64,000 nucleotides of DNA from Azospirillum brasilense (GTDB lineage Bacteria > Pseudomonadota > Alphaproteobacteria > Rickettsiales > UBA3002). Where the stretch lies: contig QFOX01000002.1 in the NCBI GenBank assembly GCA_003241645.1, forward strand, positions 1,459 to 65,458. The letters run 5' to 3'. Shown one piece after another: positions 45,711-56,003 of this stretch. Positions within the stretch are counted from its first letter, which is position 1. Each line of letters begins with the position of its first letter. A model generated the notes under the pieces. The model saw nothing but the letters and a program-made list of their open reading frames with translations, was not told where the DNA came from and did no database searches. The position numbers were made by a program, and so were the translations under genes.

Positions 45711-47860
45711 TGGCCGAGCCGCAGCGCAGCATGATCCCGTTCAGCATGCCGGCCCTGCGGGCGGGTGCGAAAACGGGTGCGCGGCGCAGCGACATCATGT
45801 TCGCACTGGCAATCGTGGGCATCATCACGGTGCTCATCGTGCCTATTCCGCCCATGCTGCTGGACATGCTGCTGGGCGTGTCCATCACCATTTCGGTGCT
45901 GATCCTGATGACCGCGCTGTTCGTGAACAAGCCGCTGGAACTTTCGGCCTTCCCCACCATCCTGCTTATTTCCACCATGCTGCGCCTGTCGCTGAACATC
46001 GCGACCACGCGCCTCATCCTCAGCCACGGGCATGAAGGCAGCCACGCGGCGGGTGGCGTGATCGAAGCGTTCTCGGGCTTTGTCACCGGTGGTTCGGTGC
46101 TCATCGGCGCCATCGTGTTCGGCATTCTCACCATCATTAACTTCGTGGTGATCACCAAAGGTTCCGGCCGCATCGCCGAGGTGAGCGCCCGCTTCTCGCT
46201 GGATGCGATGCCGGGCAAGCAAATGGCCATCGACGCCGATCTGTCGTCTGGCCTTATCGACGACAAGACCGCCAAAGCACGCCGCAAAGAGCTGGAAGAC
46301 GAATCCACCTTCTATGGCGCCATGGACGGTGCCAGCAAGTTCGTGCGCGGTGACGCGGTGGCGGGCCTGCTCATCACCTTCATCAACCTCATTGGTGGCA
46401 TGGTCATCGGCATCGTCATGAACGATCTGCCGTTCGCCGAAGCGGTGAACACCTACACCAAACTCACCATCGGTGACGGGCTGGTGGCCCAAATCCCGGC
46501 GCTCATCATCTCCATCGCCGCGGGTATCCTGGTGACCAAAGCGGGGGTCGAAGGCAGCTCCGAGAAGGCCGTGCTGGGCCAGCTGTCGCGCATTCCCACG
46601 CCGCTGGCCATCACCAGCGGGTTGCTGTTCTTCTTCGCGCTGCTGCCGGGCATTCCTAAAATCCCGTTCCTGATGCTCTCAGGCCTCATGGGCTACCTTG
46701 CGCTGTACCTGCACCGCACCGCCAAGCAAAAACGCACGACCGATGCGGCCGCGGCTGCAGGTGGCGCAGCGGTGGGCGGCGTGCCCTCGGCTCCCGGTGC
46801 GCCGGGTGCCCCCGCGCCGGTGGATGAGAAAATTTCCGAAACGCTGCAGATCGACAATCTGCGCCTTGAGCTGGGCTATGGCCTGCTGCCGCTCATCAAC
46901 TACCAGAAAGGCCACCGCCTGACCGAACAGATCAAGGCGCTGCGCAAGCAGGTAGCGCGCGAGCTTGGCTTCGTGATGCCGCCGGTGCGCATTCAGGACA
47001 ACATGCAACTGCCTGCCAACACCTACGTTATCAAGGTGAAGGAAGTGGAGACCGCACGCGGCGAGATCCGCCCCGACATGCTGCTGGTGATGGACCCGGG
47101 CGGCGCGAAGATCACCCTGCCCGGCGAAGAAACCGTGGAGCCGACCTTCGGCCTGCCCGCCATGTGGGTGACCGAGAATTACCGCGAAGAAGCTTTGTTC
47201 CGCAATTACACCGTGGTGGACCCGCCAACGGTGGTCACCACCCACCTCACCGAAGTGGTGAAGGAGAACATGGCCGACCTGCTCAGCTACGCCGAAACGC
47301 AAAAGCTGCTGGACGATCTGGGCAAGGAAGAACAGAAGCTGATTTCCGAGACCGTGCCGTCGCAAATTTCCGTATCTGGCGTGCAGCGCGTGCTGCAGAA
47401 TTTGCTCAGCGAAATGGTCAGCATTCGCGACCTGCCGACCATTATGGAAGCCGTGGCCGAATCCAGTCGCGTGACGCAGAACGTGCAGCTCATTACAGAG
47501 CATGTGCGCATGCGCCTTGCCCGCCAGATCAGCCACGCCAACACGAACGAGGAAGGCTATATCAGCATCCTCGCCATGAGCCCCGCATGGGAGCAGAGCT
47601 TCGTCGAATCGCTTTCCGGCGAAGGCGAAGAAAAGGTCCTCTCCATGCCGCCCAGCCGCATTCAGGATTTCATCACCACCGTGCGCCAGAAATACGACCA
47701 GCTGGCCATGCAAGGTGAGAATCCTATTTTGCTGACCAGCCCCACTATCCGGCCGTATGTGCGCTCCATCATCGAACGCTTCCGCCCCAGCAGCGTGGTG
47801 CTGAGCCAGAACGAGATCCACCCCAAAGCACGCATTAAAACCGTAGGCCAGCTCGCATGA
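45710..47860 (+). CDS. flhA: Flagellar biosynthesis protein FlhA
   Basis: 716 aa with FHIPEP family blocks (..FPTILLISTMLRLSLNIATTRLIL..; ..ITKGSGRIAEVSARFSLDAMPGKQMAIDADL..). TAATG overlap with flbD. Confidence 0.95.
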
Positions 47861-48900
47861 AAATGAAGCAGATCGAAGCGGCCAACATGAAAGAGGCCAT
47901 GCGCATCGCCCGCGAAGAGCTGGGCGACGATGCCGTGCTGCTGGAAAGCAAAAACACGCATGGCGGCATCGTGGTGACCTTTGCCATCGACGAGGAAGAA
48001 CCGCTGGGCTTCGACGATATTCCCTTCACCGCGCCGTATGAGATCGCACCGGAGCCGTACGTACCCAGCATGGCACGCCCGGCGAGCGCCCGCGCCGAGA
48101 TCGACCACCCGGCTTTTGTGATCGCGCGTGATGTGGTGGCGCACCACACCCTGCCTGAGGCGCTGCACGAGCAACTCATGCGCGCGCTGGTGGGGGCCGA
48201 TTATGTGGCGGGTGGCCTGAACGACGTGGCCGAGCATGCGCTGGCCGACGCGCTGGCGCGCACCCTCACCTACAAGACCATTGCCACCGGCCAGACGCTG
48301 CCGCCCGATCGTGCGGTCATGCTGGTGGGCATGCATGGTGCGGGCAAAACCTCGGCGCTGGCGAAGCTCGCCACCGAGCTGACGCTGCAGAAAAAACCCG
48401 TGGTCATTATTTCTGCCGACAATGAACGTATGGGCGCGGCCGACACGCTGGCCGGGCTTTGCGGCCTGCTGAAATGCAACTTCCACATTGCCGAGGACCG
48501 CGCCGCGCTGAAGCCGCTGCTGCGCGAATATCTCGGCCGCGCATGGGTGCTGGTGGATTCCACCGGCGTGAACATCTACGAGTTCCAGCAGCTCAAGGCG
48601 CTGGGCGAACTGGCGGGCCTTACCGGAGTTGAGCCCATTCTCACCTGCCCCGCCGGCATGGATGCGGGCGAAGCGCAGGAAATGGCCAGCGTGCTTTCGT
48701 TCCTTGGCATTGAGCGCATGGTGGCCACCAAAGTGGATGCGACGCGCCGCCTCGGCAGCCTGTTCACCGCGGTGCATGCCGGTGGGCTGGCGCTGGCGAA
48801 CATGAGCAATTCCGCCAAACCCACCGAAGCCTGCACGCCCGCCACCGCCCCGGCGCTGGCACGGCTGATGATGCGCCATGTGCGCGAGCGAACCGCCTAA
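47857..48900 (+). CDS. flhF: Flagellar biosynthesis SRP-type GTPase FlhF
   Basis: N-terminal MKMKQIEAANMKEAMRIAREELGDDAVLL. G1 loop LVGMHGAGKTS and a DSTG (G3) motif. ATGA overlap with flhA. Confidence 0.85.
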   Translation: MKMKQIEAANMKEAMRIAREELGDDAVLLESKNTHGGIVVTFAIDEEEPLGFDDIPFTAPYEIAPEPYVPSMARPASARAEIDHPAFVIARDVVAHHTLPEALHEQLMRALVGADYVAGGLNDVAEHALADALARTLTYKTIATGQTLPPDRAVMLVGMHGAGKTSALAKLATELTLQKKPVVIISADNERMGAADTLAGLCGLLKCNFHIAEDRAALKPLLREYLGRAWVLVDSTGVNIYEFQQLKALGELAGLTGVEPILTCPAGMDAGEAQEMASVLSFLGIERMVATKVDATRRLGSLFTAVHAGGLALANMSNSAKPTEACTPATAPALARLMMRHVRERTA

Positions 48901-48909
48901 GGAGCCCCC

Positions 48910-49689
48910 ATGAACGCACCCGCCCCCATGACCCACCCGCTTCGCGCCGAAAACATCATTGCCGTGGCCTCCGGCAAGGGAGGGGTCGGCAAGACATGGT
49001 TCTCCATCACGCTGGCGCATTTGATGGCGCGCGCCGGCCGCCGCACGCTGTTGTTCGATGGCGATATCGGCCTCGCCAATGTGGATGTGCAATTGGGCCT
49101 CACGCCTGCGCGCGACCTCGGCTCGGTCTTCGCCGGGAAGATTCCCATGAAAGAAGCCATCACCCATTACGAAGCGGGCAATTTCGATATTCTGGCCGGG
49201 CGTTCCGGTTCCACCAGCATGGCAGGGCTTGGCGCACAGCGCATGATGCCCGCCATCGAGCAGCTGGTCGAGCTGGCAGGCAGCTACGATTTCGTCATCA
49301 TCGATCTCGGCGCGGGCATCGAACAGCATGTGCAGGTCATGTCGTCCATCGCCGCGCGCGTCGTGGTGGTGCTGACCGACGAGCCCACCTCGCTGACCGA
49401 TGCGTATGCGTTCATCAAGCTGGTGACCGCGCGCGAGAACGCACCGCAGGTGCAGTTGGTCATCAACCAGGCGCAATCGCAGAAGGAAGGCGAGCACACC
49501 TACGCCACCATCAACCGCGCCTGCACGAACTTCCTGAAATTCTCGCCGCCGCTGCTCGGCGTCATCCGCAAGGATAATAAGGTGAAGGATTCGATCCGTT
49601 CGCAATCCTCGCTGCTCACCAAAGCGCCGCACACCACCGCCGCGACCGATGCGGCGAGTATCTCCATCAAGCTGATGAAGAAAGAATAG
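48910..49689 (+). CDS. flhG: MinD/ParA-type ATPase FlhG (FleN/MotR)
   Basis: Deviant Walker A VASGKGGVGKT. Position directly after flhF. Confidence 0.85.
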   Translation: MNAPAPMTHPLRAENIIAVASGKGGVGKTWFSITLAHLMARAGRRTLLFDGDIGLANVDVQLGLTPARDLGSVFAGKIPMKEAITHYEAGNFDILAGRSGSTSMAGLGAQRMMPAIEQLVELAGSYDFVIIDLGAGIEQHVQVMSSIAARVVVVLTDEPTSLTDAYAFIKLVTARENAPQVQLVINQAQSQKEGEHTYATINRACTNFLKFSPPLLGVIRKDNKVKDSIRSQSSLLTKAPHTTAATDAASISIKLMKKE

Positions 49690-49699
49690 GAACGCGCCG

Positions 49700-51724
49700 G
49701 TGGTCGAACAATTCGCAGCACCGCCGATCAACCCGCTCATCAGCATTCAACCGCTGAGCACCCCCGCCCCGGGCCGCGACGCCGCCGGGGCCGTGCCACC
49801 GCAACTGGCTAATGTGCCGCCGGGCACGGTGGTGGAAGGGTTCGTGGTCAACCGCGACCCCACGGGCAACCCGGTCATCCGCACGGTGCTGGGCGACATC
49901 CTCATCAAGAGCGATGTGTTCATGAAGACCGGCAGCGAGATCGTGTTCCGGGTAGACACCACGCAGCAAAGCCATGCGCGCATCCTCACCATTGATGGGC
50001 TGAGCCCGCAGGATTACGTGAGCAGCAACGCCCGCCCGTCCGCGGCGGATAGCATCGCCGCCAGCCCCATGCAGCAAAGCGCGCAGGCAGCCGGGCTTGG
50101 TGCGCGTGCGGCCGCCGCTGTGCCGTTGCAGGCGTTGCTGGTGAATAACGCGCCGTTGCCCGCGGCCAGCTTAGTGAATAATCCGTTGCTGGCGGCGGTG
50201 GCCACGGCGACCACCCCCATTCCCGCCGCGCTGGTGAAGCTGCATCAAGGAGCACAGCTGCAGGTGAAAGTGCTGCAAGTGGCCCTGCCCGAACTGCTGA
50301 CGCGCGACGCACAACAGGCGGATGCGGCAGCACCCACTGCCACGCCGCGGCCTGCGCCGGGTGCGGCACCTACGGGCGCGCCAGCCGTGCCACCCAAACC
50401 GTATGGCCCGGCGCTGGCACAGACCCAGACCTTCACCAACGCGCGCACCGCGCAGGTCGCGCTGCAGCAAGCGCCAGTGCCCGCCGCACCAGCAAGCCCG
50501 GCCAACGTGCAAACCTCGCCTGCTGTGCCAACATCGCCAACATCGCCCGCAGGCCAGCCGGTTGTCCCGGCGGCATCGCCTGCTTCTGCTACGCCCTTGC
50601 CGTCAACCAACAGTTTGCTGCAGGCCGGCGTACCAACGGATGTGCTGGCCAATATCGTGAACGAAGCGGCGACCGCCGCAGCCATTCAGGCAAAAGTAGC
50701 AGCGGCAAAACTACCGTTGCCGGGCGAGGCAGCGGAAGCTGTGCGACCCAATCCGCGCCCGCAAACGCCCGCACCTGCCGTGAACACTGCTTCAGTACAA
50801 TCTGCGCCCACAAACGCGTCACCGCCGCCAGCAGCGCAGGGTGGCATTCCGGCGCATGTGATCGGCCATGAGGCGGATGGCATGGCCATTCTGCAAACGC
50901 CCATCGGCACGCTGAAAATGCAGCTGCCCCAGCCCGTGCCCGTGGGCACCGCCCTGCGGCTGGAGCTGACGCCCACCGACAAACCACCCCTGCCCGTGGG
51001 CACTGCGCCGCTGCCGCCCGAGGCGGAACGCAGCATCGCCACGTTGGCGCAGCACTGGCCTGCGCTGGAAGAATTACTGGCCGCCGCCCCCAGCGCCGAC
51101 CCGGTCCTTGCGCGGGCACTGGCGCAGGCCATGCCCGAGATCGGGCCGAAACTGACCAGCGGCATGCTGTTCTTCGTGGCGGCGGCAAAAGGCGGCGACC
51201 TGCGCCAATGGATTGGCACCAAAGCTGTTGCCGCGCTGGAGGAAAAACTGCCCGCGCTGGCCAGCCGCCTGAAGGGCGACATGGCCCAGCTGCAGCAATT
51301 GCTGGTGGATTCGCCGCTGCAGCAATGGAACAGCGCCATGATACCGATGCTGCATCAGGGCCAGCTGGAACATGCACGCCTGTTCTGCCGCCGCGAGCAG
51401 GACGAAGCGCATGGCACCGGAAAACAGGGCAGCGAGCAGCGCTTCATTCTGGAGGTGGACCTGTCGCAACTCGGTTCCATGCAGTTCGATGGGTTCGTGC
51501 GCAAAGCGCCGGGAAAGACCCACCAGTTCGACCTGTTCGTGCGCAGTAGCGGCCCGCTGCCCGAATCGCTCAGCCATGAAATTCGCAGCACGTTCGAGAC
51601 GGCCATTCAAAGCACCGGCATGCGGGGGTATCTTGGCTTCCAGCATGGCAGCCAGCATTTCGTGCGCCCCATGGCCGACGCCGCGCCGCGGACACAGAGC
51701 GGATCGCAACCAATCCTTGCCTGA
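49700..51724 (+). CDS. Pro/Ala-rich protein with FliK-like C-terminal domain (putative hook-length control protein)
   Basis: GTG start 7 nt after AGGAA. Long low-complexity P/A/Q centre. C-terminal ...ILEVDLSQLGSMQFDGFVRK....FDLFVRSSGPLPESLSHEIRSTFETAIQSTGMRGYLGF fits the FliK C-terminal pattern (L.P..LG.v.v.....v.v.f.......l......L...l...G). Flagellar context. Confidence 0.5.
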   Translation: MVEQFAAPPINPLISIQPLSTPAPGRDAAGAVPPQLANVPPGTVVEGFVVNRDPTGNPVIRTVLGDILIKSDVFMKTGSEIVFRVDTTQQSHARILTIDGLSPQDYVSSNARPSAADSIAASPMQQSAQAAGLGARAAAAVPLQALLVNNAPLPAASLVNNPLLAAVATATTPIPAALVKLHQGAQLQVKVLQVALPELLTRDAQQADAAAPTATPRPAPGAAPTGAPAVPPKPYGPALAQTQTFTNARTAQVALQQAPVPAAPASPANVQTSPAVPTSPTSPAGQPVVPAASPASATPLPSTNSLLQAGVPTDVLANIVNEAATAAAIQAKVAAAKLPLPGEAAEAVRPNPRPQTPAPAVNTASVQSAPTNASPPPAAQGGIPAHVIGHEADGMAILQTPIGTLKMQLPQPVPVGTALRLELTPTDKPPLPVGTAPLPPEAERSIATLAQHWPALEELLAAAPSADPVLARALAQAMPEIGPKLTSGMLFFVAAAKGGDLRQWIGTKAVAALEEKLPALASRLKGDMAQLQQLLVDSPLQQWNSAMIPMLHQGQLEHARLFCRREQDEAHGTGKQGSEQRFILEVDLSQLGSMQFDGFVRKAPGKTHQFDLFVRSSGPLPESLSHEIRSTFETAIQSTGMRGYLGFQHGSQHFVRPMADAAPRTQSGSQPILA

Positions 51725-51751
51725 GCGGGCAAGGCAGGCTACCACACCCGC

Positions 51752-52771
51752 ATGCAAACCGCACGCTCCACACACTCCGCCGCCACGCCGCTGGCCGACC
51801 TGAACGCCCTGCGCCAACTGGTGGCAGCCGACCTTGAACGCGTCAACCGCGTGATCGTGGAGCAATCGAAAAGCCAGGTGGCACTGGTGAGCGATGTGGC
51901 CGCCCACATCATCGCGGCTGGCGGCAAACGCCTGCGCCCCTGCCTCACGCTGGCCAGCGCCATGCTGTGCGGCTACGAGGGCGAGCGCCATGTGCGCCTC
52001 GCGGCCTGCGTGGAATTCATTCACACCGCCACCCTGCTGCATGACGACGTGGTGGATGAGAGCACCCTGCGCCGCGGCGAGCAGACCGCCAACGACATCT
52101 GGGGCAACCAGTCGAGCGTGCTGGTGGGCGACTTCCTGTTCAGCCGCGCGTTCCAGCTCATGGTGGCCGACGGTTCGCTGGACGTGCTGAAAATTTTATC
52201 CGATGCATCCGCCACCATTTCCGAAGGTGAAGTGCAACAGTTGATGGTTAGCCATGATCTGGCCATCACGCAGGAAATCTATGAACAGGTGATCGGCGCG
52301 AAGACCGCCGCGCTGTTCGCCGCCGCCAGCGAGATCGGCCCGGTGGTGGCCGGCAAGCCGGAACTGCGCGACGCCCTGCAGGCCTATGGTTATGCACTCG
52401 GCATGGCCTTCCAGATGGCGGATGACGCGCTGGATTACGCCGCCAGCAGCGAAGCGGAACTGGGCAAGGCCATTGGCGATGATTTCCGTGAAGGCAAGAT
52501 CACCATGCCGGTGATGGTGGCCTACCAGCGCGCCACGCCCGAGGAGAAAACCTTCTGGGAGCACACGCTCGAGCACGGCGAAACGCTGGATGCGGCGACG
52601 CTCGCCCACGCGAAAACCTTGATGCAAAAACATGGCGCCATTGAGGCGACCATGCAGCGCGCCACCCATTTCCGTGACGTGGCATTGAACGCGCTGGCAG
52701 GCTTTGCCGACAGCCCGGCGAAGGACGCACTGGCGCAAGCCGCCGCCTTCGCGGTGACGCGCCGCTTCTAA
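51752..52771 (+). CDS. ispB: Polyprenyl (octaprenyl) diphosphate synthase
   Basis: First and second Asp-rich motifs LLHDDVVDES and FQMADDALDY. Confidence 0.9.
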   Translation: MQTARSTHSAATPLADLNALRQLVAADLERVNRVIVEQSKSQVALVSDVAAHIIAAGGKRLRPCLTLASAMLCGYEGERHVRLAACVEFIHTATLLHDDVVDESTLRRGEQTANDIWGNQSSVLVGDFLFSRAFQLMVADGSLDVLKILSDASATISEGEVQQLMVSHDLAITQEIYEQVIGAKTAALFAAASEIGPVVAGKPELRDALQAYGYALGMAFQMADDALDYAASSEAELGKAIGDDFREGKITMPVMVAYQRATPEEKTFWEHTLEHGETLDAATLAHAKTLMQKHGAIEATMQRATHFRDVALNALAGFADSPAKDALAQAAAFAVTRRF

Positions 52772-52791
52772 AAAAAGATGCCTGTTAACGC

Positions 52792-53820
52792 TTAGTCGTC
52801 GTCGCTTGGGCGAAGGGCCGTGCTGCGCTCATCCAGCAGGCCAGCCTCTTTGTAGTAGCGCAGCGCACCGGGGTGCAGCGGCGCCGTCAGGCCCGAATAG
52901 ACCATGCGCTCCTTGTCGAGCGTGGCGAACACGAAATGCAGCGTTTTGAAGCTGTCGAAATTATCGAACACCGCTTTGGTCAGCTGGTAGACGGTTTCTT
53001 CGCCCTCATCCTCGGTGGTCACGAGGGTGGCTTTCACGCCAAAGGTCGGCGTGTTCTGCGGGTTGTTGGGGTACATGCCGCCCGGAATGGCCGTGCGCGC
53101 GTAATAGGGGCTGTCCTTCAGCAGCTTGTCCACTTCCGGCCCTTCGACCGATACCAGCACAGCACCGCAATCGGTGGTGATCTCCTGAATGAGCCCGTTC
53201 GGGTGGCCCGCGGTGAACAGCATCGCGTCGATCTCGCCTTTGCAGAGCGCCTGCGCGGCATCCGCCGGTTTGAGTTCCAGCGTTTTAGCGAAGGAGCTAC
53301 GCGTCCAGCCCTTTTCTTCCATCAGTTCCTGCATGATGGCACGCATGCCCGACCCACGGTCGCCCACGTTCACGCGCTTGCCCTTCAGGTCCGAGAAATT
53401 TTTGATGCCGCTTTTCTTGGTCGCGGCAAGCGTGAACATTTCACTGTGCAGCGAGAAGACCGAGCGCAGGCCTTTGAACGCCGGCCCATCGGCGAACACG
53501 CCTTTGCCGGTATAGGCGTTGTACTGCCAGTCCGACTGGACGACGGCGAAGTCGTTCTCGTCGTCGCGCAGCGCGTGGATGTTGTAGATGGAGCCAACGG
53601 TGGATTCCGCGTAGCAGCGAATGCCGTGCTCTTTGCGGCCACGGTTGATGAGGCGGCAGATCGCCCCGCCCGCCGGATAATACGCGCCGCGCTCGGAGCC
53701 GGTCGCGATCGTAACGATACGCTCCTGCGCCTGTGCGGGTTGCGCCGGAAGGCCCACCAGCGCCGCACCCAGTGCCGCGGCAGAGAGAACCAGACAATAA
53801 CGCAAACGGGCCAGCTTCAT
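52792..53820 (-). CDS. TAXI-family TRAP transporter solute-binding protein (orphan)
   Basis: Signal peptide, then IVTIATGSERGAYYPAGGAICRL..., typical of TAXI receptors. No TRAP membrane component is adjacent. Confidence 0.8.
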   Translation of the reverse strand: MKLARLRYCLVLSAAALGAALVGLPAQPAQAQERIVTIATGSERGAYYPAGGAICRLINRGRKEHGIRCYAESTVGSIYNIHALRDDENDFAVVQSDWQYNAYTGKGVFADGPAFKGLRSVFSLHSEMFTLAATKKSGIKNFSDLKGKRVNVGDRGSGMRAIMQELMEEKGWTRSSFAKTLELKPADAAQALCKGEIDAMLFTAGHPNGLIQEITTDCGAVLVSVEGPEVDKLLKDSPYYARTAIPGGMYPNNPQNTPTFGVKATLVTTEDEGEETVYQLTKAVFDNFDSFKTLHFVFATLDKERMVYSGLTAPLHPGALRYYKEAGLLDERSTALRPSDDD

Positions 53821-53833
53821 AACTTCCTCTGTT

Positions 53834-54286
53834 CTAGTAAAGGCGCGACATGTATTCGGTCCAGAACCGCTCGAGCTGGTGCATGGACTTATTGGTTTCA
53901 GCAAGCTGGGTCAGGCCGGGGTTGCGCTTGTCCAGCTCGGCCACGTTGCGCTCGATCAGCGTGTCGAGCATTTTTACCAGTTCCAGCCCCTTGGGCGACA
54001 GGCGCACGCGGGTGGAGCGTTTGTCGTGCGGGGCTTTTTCCTGCACGAGGTAGCCGTTCTGCACGAGGTGCTTCACGTTGTACGACACGTTGGTGCCCAG
54101 ATAGTAGCCGCGGTTGGTCAACTCGCCCACGGTCAGCTGGTCTTCGCCAATGTTGTAGAGGATCAGCGTCTGGACGTTGTTGATGTCTTCGATCTTAATG
54201 CGGTCCAGCTCGCTTTTCACCACGTCGAGGAAACGGCGGTGCAGGCGTTCGATCAGCAGGATGGTTTCAAGGTAGGTTTGCTTCAC
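53834..54286 (-). CDS. MarR-type winged-helix transcriptional regulator
   Basis: ..LTVGELTNRGYYLGTNVSYNVKHLVQNGYLVQEKAPHDKRSTRVRLSPKGLEL.. is a wHTH plus wing. Confidence 0.7.
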   Translation of the reverse strand: MKQTYLETILLIERLHRRFLDVVKSELDRIKIEDINNVQTLILYNIGEDQLTVGELTNRGYYLGTNVSYNVKHLVQNGYLVQEKAPHDKRSTRVRLSPKGLELVKMLDTLIERNVAELDKRNPGLTQLAETNKSMHQLERFWTEYMSRLY

Positions 54287-54349
54287 AAAAGGGCTCCAGA
54301 AAATTGCCTTACATTAAAAATCTATCAAGTTCTGCCACAGCTTAGGGCG

Positions 54350-55852
54350 TTAATCAAGCAGCGCGGGGTCCGACACCAGACGAATACTGACCTTGGTGCC
54401 CTTGCCTTTGGTGCTCTCGATCATAATGCGCCCGTGATGCAACTCCACCAGCCGTTTCGCCAGCGGCAGGCCAAGGCCCGCCCCTTCGTATTTGCGGTTC
54501 AGCCCGGCATCGCTCTGGTTGAAGTTGGTGAACGCGCGGCCAATTTCCTCCGGCGTCATGCCGATACCCGTATCTTCGATGTCGATGGTGAAATAGACCA
54601 CGCCGTTGCGCCCGGCCTCGGCGCGCACGCGTACGGTCACCTGCCCTTGCGGCTCGGTGAACTTGATGGCGTTGGAGAGGATGTTCAGGAAGATCTGCAT
54701 CAACCGCACGCGATCGGCGATGATGCGCGGCAGCTTTGCGGGCACATCCAGGTAAATGTCGATTTTTCGCTGCTGTGCCTGCCCCGCCACGATATTCAGC
54801 GCTTTGTCGATGATCTTCGGCAGTTGCAGCTGCTCGAACCGCACGGTGAGTTTGCCGGATTCGGCCTGCGACAGGTCGAGGATGTCGTTGATAATATCCA
54901 GCAGGTGCTTGCCGGACACGTGGATGTCGCGCGCGTATTCGACGTATTTTTCGTTGCCCATGGGGCCGAACTGCTGGTCGCCCAGCATGGTCGAGAAGCC
55001 GATGATAGCATTCAGCGGCGTGCGCAATTCATGGCTGATATTGCCAAGGAATTGCGACTTGGCCACGTTCGCGGCTTCCGCCTGCTCGCGCGATTTCTCG
55101 AGTTCCACCGTTTTGCGCATCAGCCGCTTATCGCGATCTTCGATCTCCTGCAGCATGGCGTTGAACGATTCGATCAGCAGGTCGATCTCCTGCGGGTAGG
55201 TACTTAGCGGCGATTGGCGCACGCGCAGCGAATAATCCTTATACAGGCTCACGCGCTGGGCGGTGGTGGCGATCTGGCGGATGGGGCGCATGACCGTGCG
55301 GCGTAAATACACGCCGAACCACCAGCTCAGGCCCACGAACGCGGCGATGCTGAAGGCGAACACCACCAGCCCCCAGCTAAAATGCGCCAGAATGGAGCCC
55401 GGCGATGCGACCAGCAGCACATAGCCCGTGTTGCGCGGCAAGCGCGGATCGGCAATGGCCACCACCTTACCGACCAGCTGGTAGCTGGAATGGTTGCGGG
55501 CGGAAAACCCGGCGCATTGTTTCAGCAGCGAATCCTGCAAATGCTCGTGCTGCTTGAGTTCCTTGTAAAGCGGCCCGGCGCTCGCGTGGGTCGGGTTGCC
55601 CTTTCGGTCCAGCAGGCAGGCAAGCACCAGCTGCGGGTTCTGGGCGGTGTATTTCAAGGCGCTGCTGCTGGGCCCGCCCGCCTCGTTCACGCGGGCCACC
55701 ACCACGCGCGCCTGCGCGGCCAGTTCGCGCCGCACATCGGCCCGCACATGCATGACGGAGAACAGCATCACCTGGAAAAGTACAAGCACAGCAAAGGCTG
55801 CGCTGATGAGAATGGCGCTACGCTTATAAAGCTGTTGCAACGAAAAGGCCAT
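54350..55852 (-). CDS. Membrane sensor histidine kinase
   Basis: Two TM segments and a HAMP-like linker. H-box FLGNISHELRTPLNAIIGFS, N-box LSNAIKFT and G-boxes DTGIGM and GAGLGLPL. Start ATG at 55852, or alternatively 55879. Confidence 0.85.
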   Translation of the reverse strand: MAFSLQQLYKRSAILISAAFAVLVLFQVMLFSVMHVRADVRRELAAQARVVVARVNEAGGPSSSALKYTAQNPQLVLACLLDRKGNPTHASAGPLYKELKQHEHLQDSLLKQCAGFSARNHSSYQLVGKVVAIADPRLPRNTGYVLLVASPGSILAHFSWGLVVFAFSIAAFVGLSWWFGVYLRRTVMRPIRQIATTAQRVSLYKDYSLRVRQSPLSTYPQEIDLLIESFNAMLQEIEDRDKRLMRKTVELEKSREQAEAANVAKSQFLGNISHELRTPLNAIIGFSTMLGDQQFGPMGNEKYVEYARDIHVSGKHLLDIINDILDLSQAESGKLTVRFEQLQLPKIIDKALNIVAGQAQQRKIDIYLDVPAKLPRIIADRVRLMQIFLNILSNAIKFTEPQGQVTVRVRAEAGRNGVVYFTIDIEDTGIGMTPEEIGRAFTNFNQSDAGLNRKYEGAGLGLPLAKRLVELHHGRIMIESTKGKGTKVSIRLVSDPALLD

Positions 55853-56003
55853 GGAAGGGATGGTTGTACCCCAGCGCATTTAAAAAATCATTAACGAAAT
55901 CGGGGCGTTATCACGTGAACTAACCGAATATAACATTTGCCCCGTTGCCCCCCGCATGCTACCCGCCACACCAGCAGAATAACAAAGGGAACGGACCGTT
56001 CTT

